From NCBI RefSeq assembly GCF_036321535.1, contig NC_087436.1, forward strand, positions 12,772,001 through 12,836,000: a DNA stretch of 64,000 nt. The letters are read 5' to 3'. The translations under genes were made by a program, and so were the position numbers. The notes under the pieces are model-generated. The model searched no databases. It had not been told where the DNA came from and saw nothing but the letters and a program-made list of their open reading frames with translations. Within the stretch, counting starts at the first letter, position 1. Every line of letters begins with the position of its first letter. Positions 25,126-38,522 of the stretch are shown here, piece after piece. This stretch comes from Camelus dromedarius (lineage: Eukaryota).

Positions 25126-26513
25126 CAACCATGCAGAGAGAGAAGGAATTACTTAGAAAGTGTATGAAGCTTTCATAACCTTCAAATACTGAGCCCTTGG
25201 GCTTTAGGCTCAGACCTTCAGTACCCTTTCTCTGACCTAATGCTGGGCTGGATCTTTTCTCCAAGCAGCTTCACCAATCCTGCCCTCCACTAAAGAGACC
25301 AAGAACACAGGGGCCTTTGACCAAACTCAGAGTTAGATGAAGGAGCAGCCATCTCTTCTCCGAGGAGGGAACAGCATATTTAAAGCATCTCTGCACTGTG
25401 CACCTTCATCCTCTTTGTGGCCAGGCCTCTGGGACACTTTGGGAAGGGAGAGCCAGGGCACCAGTACCACCAAGCCCTTTGTGCTCCTATTTAGGAAACT
25501 GTGTTGCTTTCTGCAGCAGAACAAGAGCAATCCAAGAGGAAGCACAGAGGATGTGTACGGCCATGACCACATAACAACTTGATTTACGTCCATTTATGAA
25601 GTGTATTTCTTTCTTCCTGCCTCTCTTGCCCAATATAGTGAGTTGGAGGGATTTGGGGGCTGATCAAGATAAAAATAAGACCATGAGGTTTTGGGCAACA
25701 CTTTGATAGGTTTGCTTGTGGGAGGCAGGGAGGGGAGTCCCACACAGCGTGGGACCATCAGAGGCTACGGCCCAACAGGGTGACCACCCAGAAGAATGGG
25801 AGGGTGAGGGAACTCCCAGGGAGAGGGGGATGGGAGAGGGGCTCACATGTCTAGGAGAGGGGGTTCAGCAGCCCCTCTGCCCCTCTGGGAGTTTCAGAGA
25901 ACCCGGTGCTCCAAAGGGCAGCCCCAGAGCAGGTCTCTAATAGCTACAGAGTTTCTCTCGTCTCTGTCTAGGAGATGTTAGATGCAATTTCTCAGGGTAT
26001 GCAAAGCATACTGCTTATAAACAGCTAAAAACCTACTTTTTTAGGCTGTGTTCAAAACCATCAAATTTGTCATAAATATGAACATTTGGCTCAGTGCCCA
26101 TAGGCTTTTGAGCTCATGGGTCCTAGCCTATTGCCTTCACAATAACCCAGGGGCCAATGTACAGGGACCATCTTGGCTTATTTATGTAACATCCTAAGAC
26201 CCAGTAGGTGGTACAAGCAAACACACTCTGTATCCACAGCTCCACCAGGCCCAGACTGATGCACATCCAAATTCTGAATTCAGGGCTCTGACCAGAGGAC
26301 CCACTTTAAGTGGTGGTCATTGACATTGGCTGATGATTGATTCCTTTCTTACCATCCGCTCATCAGCACCAAAGCAGAGAAATCTAACATTCCGACAGTA
26401 AATTATATGCACGCAGAAAGAGTGACTAGGAGGATATTTCATCTACAAGAATCCGAGGCACTTCAAGTGGATGGGCGTGTGCGTGGTTTTCCTCTAATAG
26501 TGAAATAATTTCA

Positions 26514-26527
26514 CCAGCAGGTGGCGC
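26514..26527 (+). promoter_or_regulatory. CTCF motif CCAGCAGGTGGCGC
   Basis: Consensus match in an AT-rich context. Confidence 0.7.
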
Positions 26528-27301
26528 CATTACATTACATATCAGAGAGGGTCTGTCTTCCAACCTAGGGCCTGAAAATAGAGCATACTTTTCTAAGTTC
26601 CTATATTCTGATCACAAGCTTTCATAAACGCTATGTAATCACGGACATCTGCAATGACATACACACTCGATATTAGACCCATTCACTGTGCCATCCAGCG
26701 GATTCCTCCAAGCCCCTTGGGAAATTCAGCACTACTAGGAGATGAATGTCACAAGGATACACTGAGGAACAAACTCTGTTTACTAGGCCGCCTGCCTGCT
26801 CCTGGCTTCATAGGGTGTGGAATTCCTAAAACGACCGCTCCACTACTCACTCTGTATTATTGGATATATCATCCAACAGAAAAGGTTCTGTCTCTATAAT
26901 ATCGTTTATTATTTTCTCACTTGAAAGCATTCCAAGGCCCATCTAAATAGAGGAAGTCAAGTCCAACGGATTCCACTTTGGAGACAGGAAAGTCTCCACC
27001 ACCTGTAGGACTGGGACCTGTGTCAGGGACAGAGCTGTTCTTTCCTTGTCTGTCTGTTCTGTTAGCCTTAAGTTTAGGTCCAAGTTCTGTCCTCAGGCCC
27101 TTTTATTGTCACACAGTATTTTTTTCCAGGAAACTCTCACTGCCTTCCATCTACTCAACATCCGTTCTCATTCCCAAAGCTCTGTCTCCAGCATTTCGAT
27201 GCCACTACCCACTGGAGGCCTCACTACTGCTCAAGCTTAAAGCGTTGGAAATTGGGTGCCTCTTTTCTCTTCCTGTTTTCCTGTTTCTGCGAATGGTCTC
27301 C

Positions 27302-27711
27302 TGTGAAGGAAAAGCCCAGATGGGCTAATGAGCTAAGTCACAAATATAAGTGTGATAAGTGTCGGTTTACTGATATAAGTTCTGCCGGGCTAACTCGTAA
27401 ATCTGAAGTTTAGTGTCAGTTTACTGGGCTAACAAGCTAACTCGTAAATCCAAGCTCAACAAGTGTCAGTAACGTGATCTGTTCCGAATTGATAAGCTCC
27501 AGTGTACTGATTCCTTGCTTTTTGTTGTTTAAACCTTATTGGCTAATAGCCCCATACTTGTAATTAACCCTATAAAACCTCATGCGCACGTCTTGGAGGT
27601 GCTCAGAGCTTCGGAGCAGAAGCCCCTCTGAGCCTGCCGGCGTACTAAATCTGAGTACACCAACCCTCCGAGTGGTGCTTGTTTCTTGGCTGGCCTGTCA
27701 TTTCCCTAACA
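27302..27711 (+). mobile_element. Solo LTR with internal repeats
   Basis: TG...CA termini, ctataaaa TATA near 27570, repeated U3 motifs. Confidence 0.72.
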
Positions 27712-28184
27712 TCCCATCTCCCCTTGTCCTCGGAGTTACTATCTTTGACCCTTCCCTCCCTTCCACCTCCTCCCAGTTCAGTCCTTCCCTAAGTCTTTCT
27801 AGTCTATTTCTGGCAAGGGCCTGAATCTCTCCAAACTATTTCTTGAACACCTTCTACGTGCAAGGGCTTCTGCAGTGCGTTAAGGTGTTAGACTGGGCAC
27901 CGGTCTACTTCCATTCTTTTGGCAGCATTAAGGCAATACTCATAAAGCAGTACATACCAATAAATTGAATTACCAGAAATCTAATCTTTAGCTTCAATAG
28001 AAGAAACTGATGCAGTTTTTTTTGATTATTCTTTGTGCCACAAGAAATGATTTCCCATGCCTTCAGAATAAAATATAGCAAAGAGGAATTACGTGAGCTT
28101 TGAGATTGCCGAGTAGAAATCAGGCCTCCTTATGGAAAGCTGGCGTGATTACTCTTCCGCAAAGTGTGAGGGAATGGTCCTCCT

Positions 28185-28305
28185 ACTTTCCTATGCAGAG
28201 CAATCATCTGGGGAAGCTTGTGAATAAAATACGGATTCCTGTAGTCCCAGATAGTCTGATTCAGTAGATTTAGAAAGAGGCTGAGGAATCTGCATTTTTA
28301 AACAA
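28185..28305. mobile_element. MER5-like hAT DNA transposon fragment
   Basis: tctgattcagtag...gaggaatctgcatttttaa. Confidence 0.65.
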
Positions 28306-28349
28306 AATAAAACAAAAATCTAAGGAGTATTTTTAATAACATTATTTAG

Positions 28350-28720
28350 CCTTTTTTTTTATTGAGGTACAGTTACAATGTGTCAATCTCTGGTGCACAG
28401 CACAACGTCCCACTCATACATATACGTACATATATTCATTTTCATATTCTTTTTTCATTATAAGTTATTACAATATATTGAATATAGTTCCCTGTGCTAT
28501 ACAGAAGAAATTTGTTTTTTATCTATTTTTATATAGAGTAGTTAATGTTTGCAAACCTCAAACTCCCAAATACCCCTTTCCCCCCCAGTAACCACAAGGC
28601 TGTTTACTATGTCTGCAAGTCTGTAGGTGAGTTCATTAGTGTCCTCTTTTTTTTCTTTCTTTCTTTTAGATTCCACATGAGTGATATCATATGGTATTTT
28701 TCTGTCTCTTTCTGGCTTAC
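28350..28720 (-). mobile_element. L1 3' end fragment
   Basis: Poly(T), L1 3' UTR, TSD taaggagtatttttaa/taaggagcatttttaa. Confidence 0.88.
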
Positions 28721-30754
28721 TAAGGAGCATTTTTAAGAAATAATCACGTAGAAAAAAGTAAACTTTCTTGGTTCATCAATTGTACCAAACACACCCCACT
28801 GATGAGGGATGCTGAGGGTAGAGGAGTATATATGCGGGGGGGGGGGGCTGTGTGTGAACTCTCTGTATTTTCAGCTCAATTCCACTGTGAACCTGAAACT
28901 GCTCTAAAAAAATTAAATCTATTAATAAAAAAAGTATACTTTCTATACTTAATAGAAATTCTATAGAATTTTATACTTTCTATATACTTAACATAGAAAT
29001 AAAATATTGTCCTTACACCATGAAATTTCTTTATCAACTACTCTTAAATTCATCACCTCAGCTGTGATATTTGATCCCACAATTCTCTCCCAATAGCTGA
29101 GCGTTTCCTAAAATTCTATCTTTCCAAGTCCATATCTTTGGTTTCCAGTTTTAGCTCAAGTTGAAATTTCAGTCTTGGTCGATGTACCACCACAGGCCAG
29201 ATCACTCATTCACACTTCACTACAGATGAGTGCTTAGGACCCTGTTCTTGGGAGAGCAGAGGGTAGGCAGGGAATCTTGAAAGGAGGAAGAAGGCCCCAC
29301 ACACCCTAGGCAGCTGGGCCAGGGCAGGAGGCGCCGGTGCGGCTCCACACAGCAGACGGGGTGGCCGTCGGACGCTCACTGTAGCTGCACAAAGCGTAGT
29401 TGCAGAGAGGAGCAGGCTGGGGAGCCAGAAATCCTGCAAGAGCTTCCCAAGTGAAGGCCGTGACCCCTCTTCTTGGTCACAGTCGGGGTGCAGTTGGGTG
29501 AGCTCAGCTAGAGCCCAGGCCAGGACAGACAAGCCTAAGGGAAGGGGCAGAAAGGTCCCTGGCTTTCGTCACCTCGCACACGCACCGAGTCCTGTGTGCA
29601 CCAGACGTCTTTCTTAAGTGAGTGCTAGTGCTCCGGGGAGCTCCCAGCCGCAATGCTGTCCCAGTTCCCTCATTTCCAATCCCGTTTTACTCAACTTCCA
29701 CAACGCGGTACTGCTCGGTCAGAACCCACTTGTTCCAGGCAAGACGGAAAAGCTCAGAGGCCTGTGTGAAGCCTCCTCTCCTCACACTTCATAGAATGGA
29801 TCCAGAGAGGCTGAGACCATTGGGTTCTAGAAACTTCCTAGCATGGTGGCGTTTTGGGATTTGTCCAGCCTGTTTTACAGACATCATTCAAACTTGGCCT
29901 TGTTTTCAAGTGCTACATAGTTTTGCTTTTGTTTTCCAAAAATTAAACAAGGTCCTCCTTGTCACAATGCCACAGTGAACGTCCCTCTCCCTTCCTGATG
30001 TCACTCAGATGGAGTCACAGAAGAATCACCAGGGTTCAGCCGTGGGCAGCCGCTCTGCCCCTGCCGGTTTTATAACTGACCTGCCGACAGTTTTGCTACC
30101 TCTGGGGACAGATTTTGCTTTGAGACAGATGCTTTTGAGGCTGGTGTACTTTGCCTTTTCTTTTCTTGACTCATCTTCTAAGCTTCTTACTGGCCATGTG
30201 CTGCGCCTCAAACTGCATTTTACTATTTTATTTCCGTGTTTCCGTAATATTTAGCATTTAGTAATATTTATGTGAAATACATTTGATTTAGTCAACAAAT
30301 ATTTGTTGATGTGCTGCAGATGACAGAAGATAAAAAGAAATCCTTGCCTCCACTGGGCTTGTGTAAAATTTATTTTAATTAATTATAACAGGATTATGCT
30401 AATATCTTAAAATTGTATAGGATTCTGATGCCTCACTTCAGTTTAGAAGCTCTGGCTAGTAAGTTCCATTTGGCATGTTTTTGTAGAGAAGCTTAAACAC
30501 AAGGCTGAGAAATTTGTATTTAACAAGATAGGAGATAAGGAGTCCTGGGAGGTTTTGATGAGGAAAATGACACCATCACAGCCCCATGAAAGGGTACGGT
30601 CCCAACAGTAATGAGAAGATGGACTTCGTGGTGCTCTCGGGCTAACTTTCCCAGGATTCTTCTACTTTATGCTCACTCAGGGCTTTGTCAAATTTCTGAC
30701 AAGCCCCTAATCAAAACAAAATGTATGTTGACTTCAAACCACCCACCCTCCAGG

Positions 30755-30772
30755 TGGCCTGCAGGGGGCAGC
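30755..30772 (+). promoter_or_regulatory. CTCF motif TGGCCTGCAGGGGGCAGC
   Basis: Consensus match. Confidence 0.6.
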
Positions 30773-33700
30773 GGTGAGCCGGCCAGGAGCTTTGGGACTT
30801 GCCCACCCTAACCCAGCAAAGTCCTGACGCCCTGTGGAGTGGTTCTCAGATCACCAGACCTCAGCCAGCACCTCCTGGAGCCTCCCTCGTGCTCCAAAGC
30901 CCTCTCTGCTCTTGTTCACAGCCTTTGTCACTAATTGACGTTACATAATATGCTATTTATCACCTCTTTCTCTCCATTGGAGTGTAAACTTCTTAAGAGC
31001 AGGGATTTTGTTTATTTTGTTCACTGTGCTGGGCAAGGAGGGCCTGGAAAGCAGTACGTGCTCACTAAGTATGTGATCTGAGTAGTGACTGGAGGAGCTC
31101 AGAGCGAAGTGTTGAGCGGCCCTCTCACCACATCTGATTAAGCATGGCTTCGGGCATTTTCCTAGGATAATTCTGCAAAGTCCGTGTGTCAGAACTAGAG
31201 GCAGTTTACCATATGAGGAGGAGATGAGGAGGGTGTGGAGAAGGGGCCTTCCACACCCAGATGGTGTACAATTAAATATCGAAGTGCTGATGGAGAAATT
31301 CACCTAGTATAGCACATAGGGTGAGACCTGCTGGAGGTGAGGAAATGAGCCTGTCGGATGGTTTTCTGACCTCGAGGGATGTGCGGTTAGGCAATTGGTT
31401 TCCCGGATCTTGGTAAATGGGATTTCCTTGGTCTTGTTTATAAAATATGAAACATGATGTTCTGAATTCTGACCGATTTTGTTCCCGAACGGGTAGGCTT
31501 TTCCTAGTGAGCCCTGCAGGCAGGCTGTTCTTCAGTTACCTGCTGACACAGTTGTTATCACACCAGAGTATGCTTTACACTCTGGTCTTCCTTGCAAAAC
31601 ATTCAGTAAATATTTGGACTTTTACAAATCGTATCTTTGTTTACCGGAGCGGAGGTCACTGCTCCATCACTCAAGGTAAAGCATACAGAGCATCTGTGCT
31701 TGAAGAGGGGTAGCAACACGTGTCCCTTGCAGGGACGCAGCAAGGGCCTTCATGGTGCTGATAAGAAGTTAGCCTTTACACACAGTATCTTCTTTTCTTT
31801 ATACACAGTGTCTAACTTTGAGTGGAGAGGACTAAGTTGTGACCACCGTAAACTAGTATACTAACCCGAGTAGTTAGAATTTAAAACAGAGATAACAAAC
31901 CTTATAAATGTTTATTTGCCCTCATTCAAGATTGAAGGTTAGAGTAAACGTGGGCATTAAGCAGGATAAGATGAATCACTGTGTTGGTCTGACAGCATTT
32001 TCTATTCTTCTTACCTTCCCTCCTTCTTTGGAAGCATGTAATTTTCCCAGATAATTTCCAGAGATAATTTATGGGACAAAATGACCAGAATTTCTCAAAC
32101 AGGAAGAATAAAAATTAGTCGTGAATATTCTGTCACGGGGAAAGGGATCTCAAATTGCAAATTTCATGAAGATAGAAACATACAAACCAGGAAGTCAGTA
32201 ACAGACCAGTTTGGCACAGCAAGCACTTAAATCTAACTTCTCCATTCCAATTTCCAATCTGTGTCCTCAACCTCCTGCCAGTATTTAAAATGGCTGATTC
32301 TTGGGCATTTGGGGCTCTGGCTGTAATTCTGATTAGGATGATCCTTCTGTCTTTAGGCACTCAGTTGTTTAATTTCCTAAATCCAATTCATAGCACTTTT
32401 TGAACAACCCTGCCCCTCAGCCAGATGCACCAATGGATACACCCAGTGAAGCTTTGCGAAGTCAAGAAGCTCAGGACCCGGGTCCTGCCCTGCCTCCAGG
32501 GGCAACTCCATATTACGTGCCCCATGTAGTTTTTCTGTCTCTGATTTACATAGTGAAACTGAAAACACAGTGTTCACAGACCATCAAGAAAACATTTTCA
32601 GTTTCACTTTCCCTGGACTCTTTTTATGAACAAAGCAAATATTCTAACAGACATCTTTGTTTCCCTTAGTGGGATATTTTTACTATTAGGTTGGATTGAT
32701 TTTCAACAACGTCAACAGGTCATTTTCTTTCTGCCTATTTTGAAAAAATCCAATTCCGAGGAGTTAGGCTATAAATTTAGCTTAGATCTAGACATGGTTT
32801 AGTTATTAGAAAAATAGACATATCACACTCAGCATTGATTCGAGCTTCCTTGGACCACCTTACTGATGTATCTTCCTTTCAGCTACTGAGAGAATTCAAT
32901 TCATCAGGTCCTGTTGAACTTGAACCATGTCGTCAGCACTGAAAAATACCTTCCATGTAAAACTGGACTGAAAACACAAGCCTGATAAAACAACTAAAAT
33001 CCAGGTTTGAGAAAGAATGTGACGGCCAACCTTGTTTCTAATCCAGAGAAGAAGACAGATAAGCAGATTAGATAGGTAAGTTAGATGTAAAGATATGTTC
33101 ACACGCATACAGACACACACACGTATCCATACACACAGTATTTTTTAAATCCTTAAACTCCACTAGGAACCCGTTCCATCAGTGAATAGCTTTGATTCTC
33201 ATAATAACATCTTGTATCTGTAGATCACCTTAGATTAAGAAGTGCTTCGTGATTATATCTACAGTCATGGTTAAGAGTTCAGGCGTTGGGCTCATGGGTT
33301 TGGAACCCTATTCTGGCACCATGCCTTGTATCACCATCACCTCTCAAGGACTCTCTTTCTTCATTCATAACATACAGAGGATCAAATTTCCCTCCTAGCC
33401 TTTTGTGAGGATTAAATGAGAGAAAAAATAAAACAGCATCAATGAAACTACAGCAGGACATCAAACATTAAGAAGATGCTCGAAATCAGTGGCTCTTTCT
33501 GTTACTCCCCAGGCCTGTATCATTTGCCACAGGTCAGGAAGTCTTAAATTAACTCTCCACAATCAAATTCAAATTCAGCAAACAGACTTGTGAGCAGGAA
33601 AAGGGCTCAATATACATGAAGACTGTTAACAATAGATGTTATATTTTTTAAATCAGAACACAAACAGGCAATTTGGGAAATTATTTCAGTAAGCAAGCCC

Positions 33701-34989
33701 CTTGACCTCTGAATTAAATAAAGTGATTATTTTGGCTTAAATATTGCCTATTCTATCTTCTTAGAAAACCAACTTGGAAGTGAAGGAAAATTTGATTTAA
33801 GAAATACTCTTCTTTCCTGGAATTCATTAATCATTTATAAGTTTTCAGAGAAAAAAGTTGCTCCAAACATAGAAGAGAACAACTAGTTAAAATTTAACAA
33901 GCCTAAGTAACTGACAGCAAGGCCAGTCCAGGTCACTAAGCCACTGCTGGCTATTTTCTGTCAGAGAGCATCTTATCTGATCGGATTCTGATTTAGGACT
34001 TACGATTGTGGTAAAAAAAAAAAAATCTTTTCTCTAAAATTGTGATAACACATCTGAAATTCTAATGGAAGTCAGCAAAAGCCCAGAATACACTACACTT
34101 CTAAAACTGGATAACATAGAATTTCTGATTTCCTCAGTTTAAGTGTTTATCAACCTTGTGCATATGAAATTATATTATATATACATACATATATAAGATT
34201 TAACAAAGTTATGAACTGTCAACTGAAATTCAATAAATCAATACTTTATGCTTTTCAGCAAAATGAACTACAGTAACAAAATGCTCCTGTCTGACACGCT
34301 TACTGTTAGCAAGTATATATTTCCATAAGGCGAGCAGTCTAATTCTATTATCATTTCATCTTTGATAAGTGGAATTAATTTAGGTGGCATTTCCTCCTAA
34401 TCTAGACAACAAGCTGCTCTCTCCTCTGGGGAGCATGGCAGAAGCAGCTTGCTGTTAGTTGCAATGGATCATGTATTAAGGAGCACTTTCTACTCCTGGA
34501 ACAACAGAGCTTGATCCCCATGAGCTAAACCTGCCTGTAATGGTCCCCCTCTTACAATTCTTTGAAATGAAATACCTATTTATACAAGTACCAATTGTCA
34601 CTTTAAAGCATCTGCTAATTCATAAGCCTTATGAACATTTACTGAATACCCTCTGTGGGTCAGGAAATATGCTCGATACATTATTTCATTCATTCCTGGT
34701 ACCAGTCTTATGAAGGAGATACCGTGTTATAAATATTATTTCTATTTTACCAACACGATATTAAAACTCAGAGAAGTTAAGTAACTTGTACTAAGAGAAA
34801 ACAGTAAGTTGTAGAGAGATGAGACTGATACCCAGGCACATGGACTCCAGAGATCTTAGCAATTACTTAGGCATATGTTTCCCAGCTGGGCTATACTCAC
34901 CTAAAAGGCAATGCCTTTTATATTCAAATAAGAAATAATCAAGAAATAATTACTAGTAAAACAAATAAATTATTGTGATCAATAGTTTC

Positions 34990-36170
34990 ATATTTTAATT
35001 TGTATAAGGGTAGGTAACGTGTGCATATATTCAAAATTCTACAGATACAGAGTATACAGAGAAAATGAAGCCTTTTCCCCAACCTTGTCTTTCAACCTCC
35101 CACCCACACCTCTCCACAGAGGAAAACGCCAGTAGACTTCTATTGTATGTGCTCTTGAAATGTTTAATGTGTATGCCAACACGTACGTATATACATTCTG
35201 TTGTCTCTTTGTATTATGCTTTTGATTTTTGTATATAATGGTTTTGAGGGGGTTGTTTTGTCAGCTGGGAAGAAATAATTTTATGTGTCAAAATTCATTA
35301 GTTTCTTCTGGGGTTTTGTGTCATATGTAGATAGACCCTCCATACTCAAGTATTATGAATGATTTCTATCATGTTTTCTTCTAGTGTTTTTGTGGTTTCT
35401 TTTCTGATATTCAAATATTTGTTCAAACTGAACTTGTTTTGGCATAAAAAGTTAGGTATGCATGCCACTTATTTTTTTTTACCCCAGATAGCTTCTCAAA
35501 TTGTTTCCAACTAGTGCCACATATTGAATAATTTTTTTCCATCATCCCTGATCTGCAATGCCAACTTGTTCATACTAAACACAAAAATATATGAAGGTCT
35601 ATATCTCAATAATGTTTATTCTTCTACCTACTATGGACCAGTATTCTGTTGTTTAAAAAGTTATGGATTTCTAATGTTTTAATATTTGGGAAATTTTTTG
35701 CCCTCATTTTCCTTCTGCTTGTTTAGAATTTGCCAAGATAATTTTCTCTTCTTTATATTGGAGCTTTAGAAACAGCTTATCTAATTCTTAAAAAAAAGAA
35801 GGAAGGAGAAAGAAGAAAAAATATTTTTCATATTTTTGTTGGAATGTCAATATAGTCCTGAAGTATCATGGAAATAATTGGCATTTTTATTGTTTCTTTT
35901 TATTTAGAAATTGAGCGTGGTTTTTATTTTTTCCAGTTCTTATGTTAGATCTTGATAGCATTGTTTGGAATTTTAAATAGTATCAATCCTGCCTATTTCT
36001 TGTTAAATTTTTCCTTAGATATTTTATCTAGTTGTGTGCATGTGTTTGAAGTTATAAGTGCAAATTTTTTCTTCCATTATATATTTTAGCTGGTTGTTGC
36101 TTTTATAGAAGATAGCTATTGATTTTTAACTAGTAATTTTTACACACCCACCTTACCAATAACTACTTTC
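34990..36170 (-). mobile_element. Ancient L1M fragment
   Basis: T-rich antisense L1 ORF2/3'-like motifs, highly diverged. Confidence 0.55.
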
Positions 36171-36574
36171 TGATTGATTTACATTTACCTCTACATAATT
36201 ACCCTTGCTGAAGTCTTTTTTTTTTTTTTTGTCTTTTTTGCAACTTGGAAGTTTTGAGAGCTATTAGAAATGTAAACTTTAAAGGCTTACTTCCAGCCCA
36301 GCTCCATTCAGTGTCATCAAACCATTGTAGTGTCACATATTGCGAAATAAGTTTACCTTCTAATGAGGAGGATGAAGCATGGGCATATGTAATATGAGGT
36401 CACTGCAGATGCTATGGAGGAGGTAAAGCTGGCTGCCTGAGTTCTGGTTTTGGAGGAAGTAGGAATCATGTAACAAGACCTTAAGGTTGTGTAGGATTCT
36501 GACAGCCACAGATGCAGGCATGTGTGTGAAGACAATCCAGGCGGAGGGAGCAGCACATAAAAGGAGAAACACAA

Positions 36575-37080
36575 GGGGATGGGAAGGGATAAATTGGTAA
36601 TTTGATATTTGCAGATACTAACCCCTATGTATACAAAATAAATAAACAGCAAGGTCCTACTGTATAGCACAGAGAATTATATTCAGTATCTTGTAGTAAC
36701 CTGTAATGGAAAAGAATATGAAAACAAATACATGTATGTATATGTATGACTGAAACATTGTGCTGTACACCAGAAATTGACACATTGTAACTGACTGTAC
36801 TTCAATTAAAAAATAAACAAGTCAGTCCTGGGTTGTAACATACAGCATGGTAATTATAATTAATAATATTGTTTTGCATATTTTAAAGTTACTAAAAGAG
36901 TAGATTTTAAAAATTCACATCACAAGAAAAAAAAGTATTTTATAACTATGTGTGGTGACAGGTGTTAACTAGATGTATTGTAGTGATCACTGTTTAATAC
37001 ATAGAACTATCAAATCATTATGTTGTACATTTGAAACTAACGCACTGTTATATGTCAAGTGTATTTCAATTAAAAAAAAA
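36575..37080 (+). mobile_element. Young L1 3' end followed by an older L1MA-type 3' end, just upstream of the FGG promoter
   Basis: Two successive L1 3' UTR tails ending caattaaaaaa at ~36810 and ~37080. Confidence 0.8.
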
Positions 37081-37479
37081 GAAAATGGTCAACACAGAGG
37101 GGCAGGGGTATATTTCCAGTGTCATTCATTCCCGGTAATCCTGACTTAGACCTGGTAGAAGGCAAAGTTTTCACCTGCCACAGCCACAGGTTAAAAATAA
37201 TGATGTTGCCTCATCCCTGGCCTAAGAAAGGACTTGCGGTAATTTGGGTAATTTGGGTTACAGCACCAGGCTCCATCTTAAGGTTGGGGCGGGTTTGATC
37301 TGGTCGAGGTCAGCTGGCTGTGTTTGCTCCCCAGTCCCTGTCCTGGAAGCCGTTGCATCACACAGCCTCCCACGCGCCCCTCCCTCCTCACAGCCATGGC
37401 TAATGCTTCACTAGCCTTTGCAGATGGGTTTGACTTCGAGGAGAAAGGTTGAGCTGAGCCAGAGAGGAGGAGCTGATAC

Positions 37480-37700
37480 CTGTGTGCAAAATCTGGGAAC
37501 CTGACGGAACATTGGTTGGGGGCCAAGATGAGGAAAAAGAGCCAGGAAGGACATCCCGCCCTCCTGGGAAGAAGGCCGCGTGATCAGCCCCAGCCACTGG
37601 CAGTCCTGCCGTCCTCTGGGCTTAAATAAAGGGGCAGTAGGAACCCAAGAGGCCACAGTTCTGACATACAGGGCTCGGAGCACCGGGCACCCCCGACATC
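37480..37700 (+). promoter_or_regulatory. FGG proximal promoter and 5'UTR
   Basis: IL-6/STAT3-type CTGGGAA at 37493 and 37564, reverse CCAAT (attgg) at 37511, USF-like cgtga near 37579, TATA-like ttaaataaa at 37622. Confidence 0.75.
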
Positions 37701-37778
37701 ATGAGTTGGTCCTCGCACCCCCGGAGTTTAGTCCTCTGGTTCTGCACTCTTTCATTGCTCTCTTCAACATGCCTGGCA
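37701..37778 (+). CDS. FGG: Fibrinogen gamma chain, coding exon 1 (signal peptide MSWSSHPRSLVLWFCTLSLLSSTCLA)
   Basis: ATG at 37701, 26 codons resembling the FGG signal peptide, donor GCA|gtaagt. Confidence 0.97.
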
Positions 37779-37879
37779 GTAAGTGTGCTGTTTACAAAAC
37801 GTATTTGTTCCCAATGGAAAGCTGAAATTTAAGAAAAGATACGATAAACCAGTGACATGTCTGTGTTTTCCTCCTCTAG

Positions 37880-37924
37880 TATGTCGCTACCCGGGACAAC
37901 TGCTGCATCTTAGATGAAAGATTT
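37880..37924 (+). CDS. FGG: FGG exon 2 (YVATRDNCCILDERF)
   Basis: ctag| acceptor, |gtaagt donor, mature gamma N-terminus with Cys8/Cys9. Confidence 0.98.
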
Positions 37925-38133
37925 GTAAGTCGTTTTTTTGTTCGTTTCTGGCTGTGTTTGAACTGGACAGGGGTGGAGGAATAAAAGGAATTCTCTCGCA
38001 AAGACCATTTGGCATTTTAGACATTAAAAAAAAAAAACGAAACAGTCCATGTTTTATCTATTTTTTTTTTAACTGGTGGATTTTATGTAGCTTTTTGTCA
38101 AGATTTTAAATCACTCTGTTGTTGTACTTTCAG

Positions 38134-38317
38134 GGTAGTTACTGCCCGACTACCTGTGGCATTGCGGATTTCCTGTCTACTTACCAAAACAGCGTGGACA
38201 AGGATCTGCAGACTTTGGAAGACATCCTACATCAAGTTGAGAACAAAACGACAGAGGCCAGAGAGCTGATCAAAGCCATCCAAATCAGCTATAACCCTGC
38301 CGAGCCGTCAAAGCCAA
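38134..38317 (+). CDS. FGG: FGG exon 3 ([14 protein letters not shown]...PSKP)
   Basis: ORF 38119-38358 translation; tttcag| and |gtgaga; NKT glycosylation sequon retained. Confidence 0.98.
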
Positions 38318-38428
38318 GTGAGATTCTAACCACCCCCGACTGGGAAAATCATCTGTGAAGTTCTTTTGCTGTGGTTTTAGCAGTTCTGTTTGCTTAAGTA
38401 TTTTTATATCTCTGACCCCATATTACAG

Positions 38429-38522
38429 GTAGGATAGAGAGTGCTACCAAGGATTTCAAGAAAATGATGGAAGAAATAATGAAATACGAGACATTGATTT
38501 CCACACATGAATCAACTATTCG
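38429..38522 (+). CDS. FGG: FGG exon 4 ([31 protein letters not shown])
   Basis: tacag| and |gtaggc; coiled-coil sequence, phases join exons 3 and 5. Confidence 0.96.

Noticed and set aside
1..37000. LRAT or RBM46 coding exons expected on this side of FGG
   Set aside because: No LRAT HYGIY/NCEHF motifs or RRM sequence seen; these genes presumably lie outside the window
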